From assembly GCA_964035545.1 (NCBI GenBank), contig OZ037768.1:14579675-14643674 (forward strand): 64,000 nt of DNA, written 5' to 3'. The translations under genes were made by a program, and so were the position numbers. How positions within the stretch are numbered: the first letter of the stretch is position 1; each line of letters opens with the position of its first letter. The notes under the pieces are model-generated. The model was not told the DNA's origin, did no database searches, and saw nothing but the letters and a program-made list of their open reading frames with translations. Origin of the DNA: Bugula neritina. Lineage: Eukaryota > Animalia > Bryozoa. Shown piece by piece: positions 14,414-28,623 of the stretch.

Positions 14414-17199
14414 ACATACAAAAGTTTCTTGTAACTTACTGAAACATGCTGCAGCATTTATAATATACTGCAACACATTGAAACAGACTGCAACATACTG
14501 AAATACACTGCAACACATTGGAATATACTGCAACATACCGAAATATATGGTAACCTACTGAAATATGTTACAAACTTCTGAAACATACTGCAACATACCG
14601 CAACATAATCAAATATACTGCCACATACTGAAAGATACTGCAACATACCAAAATACGCCGCAGCATACTGAAATACACTGCAACACACTGAAGTATACTG
14701 TAATACACAGATATGTACTGTCCTATACTGAAATACACTGCAACTTACTGAAATACACTGTAACATACTGAATTACACTGCAACACACCGGAGTAAACTG
14801 TAATATACAGTAATGTACTGTAAAATACTGGAATATACTGCAACATACCGAAATATATAGTAACCTACTGAAATATGTTTCAAACTACTGAAATATACAG
14901 CAACATACTGAAATACACCGTAACATACTGAACTCCACTGCAACGTTCTGAAATACACTGTAACACATTGAAATACACTGCAACACATTGAAATATACTG
15001 AAATACATTGTAAGATACTGAAATACACTGCAACATACTGCAACATTAGGAAATATATGGTAACCTACTGAAATACGTTGCAAAAGACTGAAATATACTG
15101 TAACATATTAAGACATACTACAACATACTGAAATATGATGCAACATACTGAAATATACTGCAACATACTGCAACATACTGAAATACTCGGTAACATACTG
15201 AAATACACTGCAACACACTGAAACCTATTGAAATGTACTGTAACATTTTGAAATACACTGCAAAACATTAAAATATACCGCAACTCACTGAAATATATGG
15301 TAACCTACTGAAATATACTGTAACACATTGAAATATTATACTGCAACAAACTGAAACACACTGCAACACACTAAAGTATACTGTAACATACAAAAACATA
15401 CTGCGACATACTGAAACATAATACAACATACTGAATTACACTCCAACATACTGCAACATACTGAAATACTCTGTAACATACTGAAATACACTGCAACACA
15501 CTCAAACCTATTGAAATGTACTGTAACATATTGAAATACACTGCAACAAACTGCAAAATGCTGAAATACACTGTAACATTTTAAAATACACTGCAAAACA
15601 TTAAAATATACCGCAACATACCGAAATATATGGTAACCTACTGAAATATACTGTAACACATTGAAATATTATACTGCAACAAACTGAAACACACTGCAAC
15701 ACACTAAAGTATACTGTAACATACAAAAATTTTTTGTAACATACTGAAACATGCTGCAGCATTTATAATAATATACTGCAACACATTGAAATAGACTGCA
15801 ACATACTGAAATACACTGCAACACATTGGAATATACTGCAACATACCGAAATATATGGTAACCTACTGAAATATGTTACAAACTTCTGAAACATACTTCA
15901 ACATACTGCAACATGATCAAATATACTGCCACATACTGAAAGATACTGCAACATACTGCAACATACTGAAATACACTGTAACATACTGAATTACACTGTA
16001 ACACATTGGAATATACTGCAACACACCAAAATATATGGTAACCTACTGAAATATGTTGCAAACTACTGAAATATACTGCAACATACTGCAACATAATGAA
16101 ATATACTGCAACAAACTGAAAGATACTGCAACACACTGAATTATACTGTGGCCTACTGAAACACATTGTAACATTTTGAAATATGATGTAATACACCGAA
16201 ACATAGTGCAACATACTGAAATTTACCGGAACATACTGGAATAAACTGTGACACACTAAATTATTATGCAACAGACTGAAAGACACCGCAACACACTGAA
16301 ATATACTGAGACACAATGAAACATACTGCAACATACTGAAATAGGCCGCAGCATACTGAAATACACTGCAACACATTGAAGTATACTGTAATACACAGAT
16401 ATGTACTGTCCTATACTGAAATATACTGCAACATACTGAAATACACCGTAACATACTGAAACACACTGCAACATACCGGAGTAAACTGTAATATACAGTA
16501 ATGTACTGTAAAATACTGAAATATACTGCAACATACTGAAAGATACGGTAACCTACTGAAATATGTTACAAACTACCGAACAATACTTCAAAATACTGAA
16601 ATATACATAAAAATATTTAATTATACTGAAATACACTGTAACAAACTGAAATACACTGTAACATATTGAAATACACTGCAACACATTGAAATATACCGCA
16701 ACATACCGAAATACTCTGCATCACACTGAAGTATACTGTAATATACAGAAATGTATTGTAACACGCTGAAACATGCAGCAACATACTGAAATATACTGCA
16801 ACACATTGAAGTATACCGCAACATACTGAAATATGCTGTGGCATACTGAAATACACTGCTAGACACTGAAGTATACTGTAATATACAGAAATGTACTGTA
16901 ACATACTGAAATGTACGGCGACATACTGAAATGTACTGCAACATACTGAAATACACCGAAACAAACTGAATATATGGTAACCTAACGAAATATGTTGCAA
17001 ACTACTAAAATATACTGAAAATCACCAAAAATATCGCAACTGTGCAACATAATGGAATATACGACAAAAACACTGGAATATACTGCAACAACCTAAGAGA
17101 TACTGCAAAATACTGCAACATACTGAAATACACTGTAACATACGGAATTACACTGCAACATACTGCAACATACTGAAATACACTGTAACATAGTGAAAT

Positions 17200-20100
17200 A
17201 CACTGCAACACATTGAAATATACTGAAATACATTGTAAGATACTGAAATACACTGCAACACACTAAGGTATACTGTAACATACAAAAATTTACTGTAACA
17301 TACTGAAACATGCCGCAGCATTTATAATATACTGCAACAGATTGAAATATACTGCACCATACTGAAATATGCTGTAGCATACTGAAATACACTGCAACAC
17401 ACTGAAGTATACTGTAATATACAGAAATGTACTGTAAAATACTGAAATATACTTCAACATACTGAAATATACCTAAAAATGTTGAAACATACTGAAATAC
17501 ACTGTAACATACTGAAATACACTGCAACACATTGGAATAAACTGCAACATACCGAAATATATGGTAACCTACTGAAATATGACAAACTACTGAAATATAC
17601 TGCAACATACTGCAACATAATGAAATATACTGCAACATACTGAAAGATACTGCAACATATTGGATTATACTGTGGCCTACTGAATCACATTGTAACATTT
17701 TGAAATATGATGTAACACACTGAAACATACTGCGACATACTGAAAATTACCGGAACATACTGGAATAAACAGAGACACGCTAAAACTTTATGCAACATAC
17801 TGAAAGATACTGCAATATACCGAAGTATACTGTAACATATTGAAAAATGCTGTAGCATACTGAACTACACTGCAACATGCTGCACCCTACTGAAGTACAC
17901 GGCAAAACTTTGAAATATACTGCAACATATCGAAATATATGGTAACCTACTGAAATATGTTGCAAACCACTGAAACATACTGCAACATACTGCAACAAAA
18001 TGAAATATACTGTATCACACTGAAAAATACTGCAAAATACTGAAATATACTGTAACATACTAAAACATACTGCGACATACTGAAATATAATACAACATAC
18101 TGAATTACACTCCAACATACTGCAACATACTGAAATACTCTGTAACATACTGAAATACACTGCAACACACTGAAACCTATTGAAATGTACTGTAACATAT
18201 TGAAATACACTGCAACAAACTGCAAAATGCTGAAATACACTGTAACATTTTGAAAAACACTGCAAAACATTAAAATATACCGCAACATACCGAAATATAT
18301 GGTAACCTACTGAAATATACTGTAACACATTGAAATATTATACTGCAACAAACTGAAACACACTGCAACACACTAAAGTATACTGTAACATACAACAATT
18401 TCTTGTAACATACTGAAACATGCTGCAGCATTTATAATATACTGCAACACATTGAAATAGACTGCAACATACTGAAATACACTGCAACACATTGGAATAT
18501 GCTGCAACATACCGAAATATATGGTAACCTACTGAAATATGTTACAAACTTCTGAAACATACTGCAACATACTGCAACATAATCAAATATACTGCCACAT
18601 ACTGAAAGATACTGCAACATACCGAAATAGGCCGCAGCATACTGAAATACACTGCAACACACTGAAGTATACTGTAATACACAGATATGTACTGTCCTAT
18701 ACTGAAATACACTGCAACTTACTGAAATACACTGTAACATACTGAATTACACTGCAACACACCGGAGTAAACTGTAATATACAGTAATGTACTGTAAAAT
18801 ACTGAAATATACTGCAACATACTGAAAGATATGGTAACCTACTGAAATATGTTACAAACTACCGAACAATACTTCAAAATACTGAAATATACATAAAAAT
18901 ATTTAATTATACTGAAATACACTGTAACAAACTGAAATACACTGTAACATATTGAAATACACTGCAACACATTGAAATATACCGCAACATACCGAAATAC
19001 TCTGCATCACACTGAAGTATACTGTAATATACAGAAATGTATTGTAACACGCTGAAACATGCAGCAACATACTGAAATATACTGCAACACATTGAAGTAT
19101 ACCGCAACATACTGAAATATGCTGTGGCATACTGAAATACACTGCTAGACACTGAAGTATACAGTAATATACAGAAATGTACTGTAACATACTGAAATGT
19201 ACGGCGACATACTGAAATGTACTGCAACATACTGAAATACACCGAAACAAACTGAATATATGGTAACCTAACGAAATATGTTGCAAACTACTAAAATATA
19301 CTTAAAGTCACCAAAAAATATTGCAACTGTGCAACATAATGAAATATACGGCAAAAACACTGGAATATACTGCAACAACCTAAGAGATACTGCAAAATAC
19401 TGCAACATACTGAAATACACTGTAACATTTTGAAATACACTGCAAAACATTAAAATATACCGCAACATACTGAAATATATGGTAACCTACTGAAATATAC
19501 TGTAACACATTGAAATATTATACTGCAACAAACTGAAACACACTGCAACACACTAAAGTATACTGTAACATACAAAAGTTTCTTGTAACTTACTGAAACA
19601 TGCTGCAGCATTTATAATATACTGCAACACATTGAAATAGACTGCAACATACTGAAATACACTGCAACACATTGGAATATACTGCAACATACCGAAATAT
19701 ATGGTAACCTACTGAAATATGTTACAAACTTCTGAAACATACTGCAACATACTGCAACATAATCAAATATACTGCCACATACTGAAAGATACTGCAACAT
19801 ACCGAAATAGGCCGCAGCATACTGAAATACACTGCAACACACTGAAGTATACTGTAATACACAGATATGTACTGTCCTATACTGAAATACACTGCAACTT
19901 ACTGAAATACACTGTAACACACCGGAGTAAACTGTAATATACAGTAATGTACTGTAAAATACTGGAATATACTGCAACATACTGAAAGATATGGTAACCT
20001 ACTGAAATATGTTACAAACTACCGAACAATACTTCAAAATACTGAAATATACATAAAAATATTGAATTATACTGAAATACACTGTAACATACTGAAATAC

Positions 20101-22875
20101 ACTGTAACATACCGAATTACACTGCAACATACTGCAACATACTGAAATACACTGTAACATAGTGAAATACACTGCAACACATTGAAATATACTGAAATAC
20201 ATTGTAAGATACTGAAATACACTGCAACATACTGCAACATTAGGAAATATATGGTAACCTACTGAAATATGTTGCAAAATACTGAAATATACTGTAACAT
20301 ACTAAGACATACTGCAACATACTGAAATATAATGCAACATACTAAAATATACTGCAACATACTGCAACATACTGAAATACTCTGTAACATACTGAAATAC
20401 ACTGCAACACACTGAAACCTATTGAAATGTACTGTAACATATTGAAATACACTGCAACATACTGCAAAATGCTGAAATAAACTGTAACATTTTGAAATAC
20501 ACTGCAAAACATTAAAATATACCGCAACATACCGAAATATATGGTAACCTACTGAAATAAACTGTAACACATTGAAATATTATGCTGCAACAAACTGAAA
20601 CACACTGCAACACACTAAAGTATACTGTAACATACAAAAATTTCCTGTAACATACTGAAACATGCCGCAGCATTTATAATATACTGCAACACATTGAAAT
20701 AGACTGCAACATACTGAACTGTGCTGTAGCATACTGAAATACACTGCAACACACTGAAGTATACTGTAATATACAGAAATGTACTAGAAAACCCTGAAAT
20801 ATATTTCAACATACTGAAAACTACCTAAAAACATTGAAACATACTGAAATACACTGCAACATACTGCAACATAATGAAATATATAGTAACCTACTGAAAT
20901 ATGTTGAAAACTACTGAAATATACTGCAACATAATGCAACGTCATGAAAGATACTGCAACATACTGAAATATACTGCAAGATACTGCAACATACTGAAAT
21001 ACACCGTAACATACTGAAATACACTGTAACATATTGAAATACACTGTAGCATATTGAAATACACTGCAACATACTGCAACATACTGAAATACACTGCAAC
21101 ACATCGAAATATACTGCAACATACCGAAATATATGGTAACCTACTGAAATATGTTACAAACTACTGAAACATACTGCAACATACTGTAACATAATGAAAT
21201 ATACTGCAACATACTGAAAGATACTGCAACATACTGCAACATACTGAAATACACTGTAACATACTGAAATATGCTGCAACATACTGAAACAGACTGCAAG
21301 ATACTGCAACATACTGAAATACATCGTAAGATACTGAAATACACTGCAACATGCTGCAACATCCTTCAACATATTGAAACACACTGTAACACATTGAAAG
21401 ACACTGCAACCCATTGAAATATACTGCAACATACTGAAACATACGGCAACATACTGAAATATACTGCGACACATTGAAATAAACTGCAACATACTGAAAT
21501 ATGCTGTAGCATGCTGAATAACACTGCAACACACTGAAGTATACTGTAATATACAGAAATGTAATGTAACATACTGAAACATACGTCAACATACTGAAAT
21601 GTACAGCAACATGCTGAAATATACTGCAACATACTGAAATACACTGCAACATACTGAATTACACTGCAACATACTGAAACACACTGCAACACACTAAAGT
21701 AAACTGTAATAAACAGAAATGTACTGTGACATACTGAAACATGCGGCAATATATTGAAAAATACTGCAACACATTGAAATATGCTGCAACATACTGAAAT
21801 GTGGTGTAGCATACTGAAATACACTGCAACACACTGAAGTATACTGTAATATACAGAAATATACTGTAAAACACTGAAATATATTTCAACATACAGAAAA
21901 CTACCTAAAAGTATTGAAACATACTGAAATACACTGTAACATACTGAAATACACTGCAACACATTGGAATATACTGCAACATACTGAAATATATGGTAAC
22001 CTACTGAAATATGTTACAAACTACTGAAATATACTGCAATATACTGCGACACATTGAAATATACTGCAACATACTGTAATATGCTCTAGCATACTGAAAT
22101 ACACTGCAACACACTGAAGTATACTGTAATATACAGAATATTACTGTAACATACTGAAACATACGTCAACATACTGAAATGTACTGCAAGATGCTGAAAT
22201 ATACTGCAACATACTGAAATACACTGTAACATACTGAATTACACTGCAGCATACTGAAATACACTGTAACATATTAAATTACACTGCAACACACTGAAAT
22301 ATACTGAAACATACCGAAATATATGGTAACCTACTGAAATATGTTGCAAACTACTGAAACATACTGCAACATCCTGCAACAAAACGAAATATACTGTAAT
22401 ACACTGAAACATACTGCATAATACTGAAACCAACTGTAACATACTAAGACATACTGCAACATACTGATATATAATGCAAAATACTGAAATATACTGCAAC
22501 ATACAAAATACACTGCAACACACTGCAACATACTGAAATATACTGTATCATATTGAAATACACTGCAACATACTGAAATAGACTGTAACCTCTCTAAATT
22601 CACTGCAACACATTGAAATATACCGCAACATACCGAAGTATATAGTAGCCTACTGAAATATACTGAAATACATTGTAAGGTACTGAAATACACTGCAACA
22701 TACTGCAACATAATGAAATATATAGTAACCTACTGAAATATGTTGAGAAGTACCTACATATACTGCAACATAATGCAACATCATGAAAGATACTGCAACA
22801 TACTGAAATATACTGCAAGATACTGCAACATACTGAAACACACCGTAACATACTGAAACACACTGCAACATACCG
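17200..22875 (+). repeat. ~5.6-kb HOR-like block with dispersed copies at ~27.0-31.98 kb, ~34.65-40.35 kb and (partial) ~56.07-60.4 kb
   Basis: ORF offsets to the 27-32 kb copy are 9762 (17780/27542), 9783 (19999/29782) and 9683 (20784/30467). Offsets to the 35-40 kb copy are 17453 (17780/35233) and 17473 (19999/37472, 22600/40073). The offset changes are explained by visible indels of 20, 1 and 100 bp. Confidence 0.88.
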
Positions 22876-25800
22876 GAGTAAACTGTAATATACAGTAATG
22901 TACTGTAAAATACTGAAATATACTGCAACATACTGAAAGATATGGTAACCTACTGAAATATGTTACAAACTACCGAACAATACTTCAAAATACTGAAATA
23001 TACATAAAAATATTTAATTATACTGAAATACACTGTAACAAACTGAAATACAGTGTAACATATTGAAATACACTGCAACACATTGAAATATACCGCAACA
23101 TACCGAAATACTCTGCATCACACTGAAGTATACTGTAATATACAGAAATGTATTGTAACACGCTGAAACATGCAGCAACATACTGAAATATACTGCAACA
23201 CATTGAAGTATACCGCAACATACTGAAATATGCTGTGGCATACTGAAATACACTGCTAGACACTGAAGTATACTGTAATATACAGAAATGTACTGTAACA
23301 TACTGAAATGTACGGCGACATACTGAAATGTACTGCAACATACTGAAATACACCGAAACAAACTGAATATATGGTAACCTAACGAACTATGTTGCAAACT
23401 ACTAAAATATACTGAAAGTCACCAAAAAATATCGCAACTGTGCAACATAATGGAATATACGACAAAAACACTGGAATATACTGCAACAACCTAAGAGATA
23501 CTGCAAAATACTGCAACATACTGAAATACACTGTAACATACGGAATTACACTGCAACATACTGCAACATACTTAAATACACCATAACATAGTGAAATACA
23601 CTGCAACACATTGAAATATGTTGCAAACTACTAAAATATACTGAAAGTCACCAAAAAATAATGCAACTGTGCAACATAATGGAATATACGGCAAAAACAC
23701 TGGAATATACTGCAACAACCTAAGAGATACTGCAAAATACTGCAACATACTGAAATACACTGTAACATACGGAATTACACTGCAACATACTGCAACATAC
23801 TGAAATACACTGTAACATAGTGAAATACACTGCAACACATTGAAATATACTGAAATACATTGTAAGATACTGAAATACACTGCAACACACTAAGGTATAC
23901 TGTAACATACAAAAATTTACTGTAACATACTGAAACATGCCGCAGCATTTATAATATACTGCAACAGATTGAAATATACTGCACCATACTGAAATATGCT
24001 GTAGCATACTGAAATACACTGCAACACACTGAAGTATACTGTAATATACAGAAATGTACTGTAAAATACTGAAATATACTTCAACATACTGAAATATACC
24101 TAAAAATGTTGAAACATACTGAAATACACTGTAACATACTGAAATTTACTGCAACACATTGGAATAAACTGCAACATACCGAAATATATGGTAACCTACT
24201 GAAATATGACAAACTACTGAAATATACTGCAACATACTGCAACATAATGAAATATACTGCAACATACTGAAAGATACTGCAACATACTGGATTATACTGT
24301 GGCCTACTGAATCACATTGTAACATTTTGAAATATGATGTAACACACTGAAACATACTGCGACATACTGAAAATTACCGGAACATACTGGAATAAACAGA
24401 GACACGCTAAAATTTTATGCAACATACTGAAAGATACTGCAATATACCGAAGTATACTGCAACATATTGAAATATGCTGTAGCATACTGAACTACACTGC
24501 AACATGCTGCACCCTACTGAAGTACACTGCAAAACTTTGAAATATACTGCAACATACCGAAATATATGGTAACCTACTGAAATATGTTGCAAACCACTGA
24601 AACATACTGCAACATACTGCAACAAAATGAAATATACTGTATCACACTGAAAAATACTGCAAAATACTGAAATATACTGTAACATACTAAAACATACTGC
24701 GACATACTGAAATATAATACAACATACTGAATTACACTCCAACATACTGCAACATACTGAAATACTCTGTAACATACTGAAATACACTGCAACACACTGA
24801 AACCTATTGAAATGTACTGTAACATATTGAAATACACTGCAACAAACTGCAAAATGCTGAAATACACTGTAACATTTTGAAAAACACTGCAAAACATTAA
24901 AATATACCGCAACATACCGAAATAAATGGTAACCTACTGAAATAGACTGTAACACATTGAAATATTATACTGCAACAAACTGAAACACACTGCAACACAC
25001 TAAAGTATACTGTAACATACAACAATTTCTTGTAACATACTGAAACATGCTGCAGCATTTATAATATACTGCAACACATTGAAATAGACTGCAACATACT
25101 GAAATACACTGCAACACATTGGAATATACTGCAACATACCGAAATATATGGTAACCTACTGAAATATGTTACAAACTTCTGAAACATACTGCAACATACT
25201 GCAACATAATCAAATATACTGCCACATACTGAAAGATACTGCAACATACCAAAATAGGCCGCAGCATACTGAAATACACTGCAACACACTGAAGTATACT
25301 GTAATACACAGATATGTACTGTCCTATACTGAAATACACTGCAACTTACTGAAATACACTGTAACATACTGAATTACACTGCAACACACCGGAGTAAACT
25401 GTAATATACAGTAATGTACTGTAAAATACTGGAATATACTGCAACATACTGAAAGATATGGTAACCTACTGAAATATGTTACAAACTACTGAAACATACT
25501 GCAACATCCTGCAACAAAACGAAATATACTGTAATACACTGAAACATACTGCATAATACTGAAACCAACTGTAACATACTAAGACATACTGCAACATACT
25601 GATATATAATGCAAAATACTGAAATATACTGCAACATACAAAATACACTGCAACACACTGCAACATACTGAAATATACTGTATCATATTGAAATACACTG
25701 CAACATACTGAAATACACTGTAACCTCTCTAAATTCACTGCAACACATTGAAATATACCGCAACATACCGAAGTATATAGTAGCCTACTGAAATATACTG

Positions 25801-28623
25801 AAATACATTGTAAGGTACTGAAATACACTGCAACATACTGCAACATAATGAAATATATAGTAACCTACTGAAATATGTTGAGAAGTACCTAAATATACTG
25901 CAACATAATGCAACATCATGAAAGATACTGCAACATACTGAAATATACTGCAAGATACTGCAACATACTGAAATACACCGTAACATACTGAAACACACTG
26001 CAACATACCGGAGTAAACTGTAATATACAGTAATGTACTGTAAAATACTGAAATATACTGCAACATACTGAAAGATATGGTAACCTACTGAAATATGTTA
26101 CAAACTACCGAACAATACTTCAAAATACTGAAATATACATAAAAATATTTAATTATACTGAAATACACTGTAACAAACTGAAATACACTGTAACATATTG
26201 AAATACACTGCAACACATTGAAATATACCGCAACATACCGAAATACTCTGCATCACACTGAAGTATACTGTAATATACAGAAATGTATTGTAACACGCTG
26301 AAACATGCAGCAACATACTGAAATATACTGCAACACATTGAAGTATACCGCAACATACTGAAATATGCTGTGGCATACTGAAATACACTGCTAGACACTG
26401 AAGTATACTGTAATATACAGAAATGTACTGTAACATACTGAAATGTACGGCGACATACTGAAATGTACTGCAACATACTGAAATACACCGAAACAAACTG
26501 AATATATGGTAACCTAACGAACTATGTTGCAAACTACTAAAATATACTGAAAGTCACCAAAAAATATCGCAACTGTGCAACATAATGGAATATACGACAA
26601 AAACACTGGAATATACTGCAACAACCTAAGAGATACTGCAAAATACTGCAACATACTGAAATACACTGTAACATACGGAATTACACTGCAACATACTGCA
26701 ACATACTGAAATACACCATAACATAGTGAAATACACTGCAACACATTGAAATATGTTGCAAACTACTAAAATATACTGAAAGTCACCAAAAAATAATGCA
26801 ACTGTGCAACATAATGGAATATACGGCAAAAACACTGGAATATACTGCAACAACCTAAGAGATACTGCAAAATACTGCAACATACTGAAATACACTGTAA
26901 CATACGGAATTACACTGCAACATACTGCAACATACTGAAATACACTGTAACATAGTGAAATACACTGCAACACATTGAAATATACTGAAATACATTGTAA
27001 GATACTGAAATACACTGCAACACACTAAGGTATACTGTAACATACAAAAATTTACTGTAACATACTGAAACATGCCGCAGCATTTATAATATACTGCAAC
27101 AGATTGAAATATACTGCACCATACTGAAATATGCTGTAGCATACTGAAGTACACTGCAACACACTGAAGTATACTGTAATATACAGAAATGTACTGTAAA
27201 ATACTGAAATATACTTCAACATACTGAAATATACCTAAAAATGTTGAAACATACTGAAATACACTGTAACATACTGAAATACACTGCAACAAATTGGAAT
27301 AAACTGCAACATACCGAAATATATGGTAACCTACTGAAATATGACAAACTACTGAAATATACTGCAACATACTGCAACATAATGAAATATACTGCAACAT
27401 ACTGAAAGATACTGCAACATACTGGATTATACTGTGGCCTACTGAATCACATTGTAACATTTTGAAATATGATGTAACACACTGAAACATACTGCGACAT
27501 ACTGAAAATTACCGGAACATACTGGAATAAACAGAGACACGCTAAAATTTTATGCAACATACTGAAAGATACTGCAATATACCGAAGTATACTGTAACAT
27601 ATTGAAATATGCTGTAGCATACTGAACTACACTGCAACATGCTGCACCCTACTGAAGTACACTGCAAAACTTTGAAATATACTGCAACATACCGAAATAT
27701 ATGGTAACCTACTGAAATATGTTGCAAACCACTGAAACATACTGCAACATACTGCAACAAAATGAAATATACTGTATCACACTGAAAAATACTGCAAAAT
27801 ACTGAAATATACTGTAACATACTAAAACATACTGCGACATACTGAAATATAATACAACATACTGAATTACACTCCAACATACTGCAACATACTGAAATAC
27901 TCTGTAACATACTGAAATACACTGCAACACACTGAAACCTATTGAAATATACTGTAACATATTGAAATACACTGCAACAAACTGCAAAATGCTGAAATAC
28001 ACTGTAACATTTTGAAAAACACTGCAAAACATTAAAATATACCGCAACATACCGAAATATATGGTAACCTACTGAAATATACTGTAACACATTGAAATAT
28101 TATACTGCAACAAACTGAAACACACTGCAACACACTAAAGTATACTGTAACATACAACAATTTCTTGTAACATACTGAAACATGCTGCAGCATTTATAAT
28201 ATACTGCAACACATTGAAATAGACTGCAACATACTGAAATACACTGCAACACATTGGAACATACTGCAACATACCGAAATATATGGTAACCTACTGAAAT
28301 ATGTTACAAACTTCTGAAACATACTGCAACATACTGCAACATAATCAAATATACTGCCACATACTGAAAGATACTGCAACATACCGAAATAGGCCGCAGC
28401 ATACTGAAATACACTGCAACACACTGAAGTATACTGTAATACACAGATATGTACTGTCCTATACTGAAATACACTGCAACTTACTGAAATACACTGTAAC
28501 ATACTGAATTACACTGCAACACACCGGAGTAAACTGTAATATACAGTAATGTACTGTAAAATACTGGAATATACTGCAACATACTGAAAGATATGGTAAC
28601 CTACTGAAATATGTTACAAACTA
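22350..28623 (+). repeat. Head-to-tail tandem duplication, period 3135 bp
   Basis: ORF pairs 22331/25466, 22600/25735, 23014/26149, 24407/27542 and 25059/28194 are all offset by 3135. Both copies share the private variant AACGAACTATG and an internal 229-bp duplication. Confidence 0.94.
23388..23850 (+). repeat. 229-bp tandem duplication of the divergent AAGTCACC...CCTAAGAGA cassette (also at ~26523-26985)
   Basis: GTTGCAAACTACTAAAATATACTGAAAGTCACC starts at 23391 and 23620, and again at 26526 and 26755. Confidence 0.9.
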
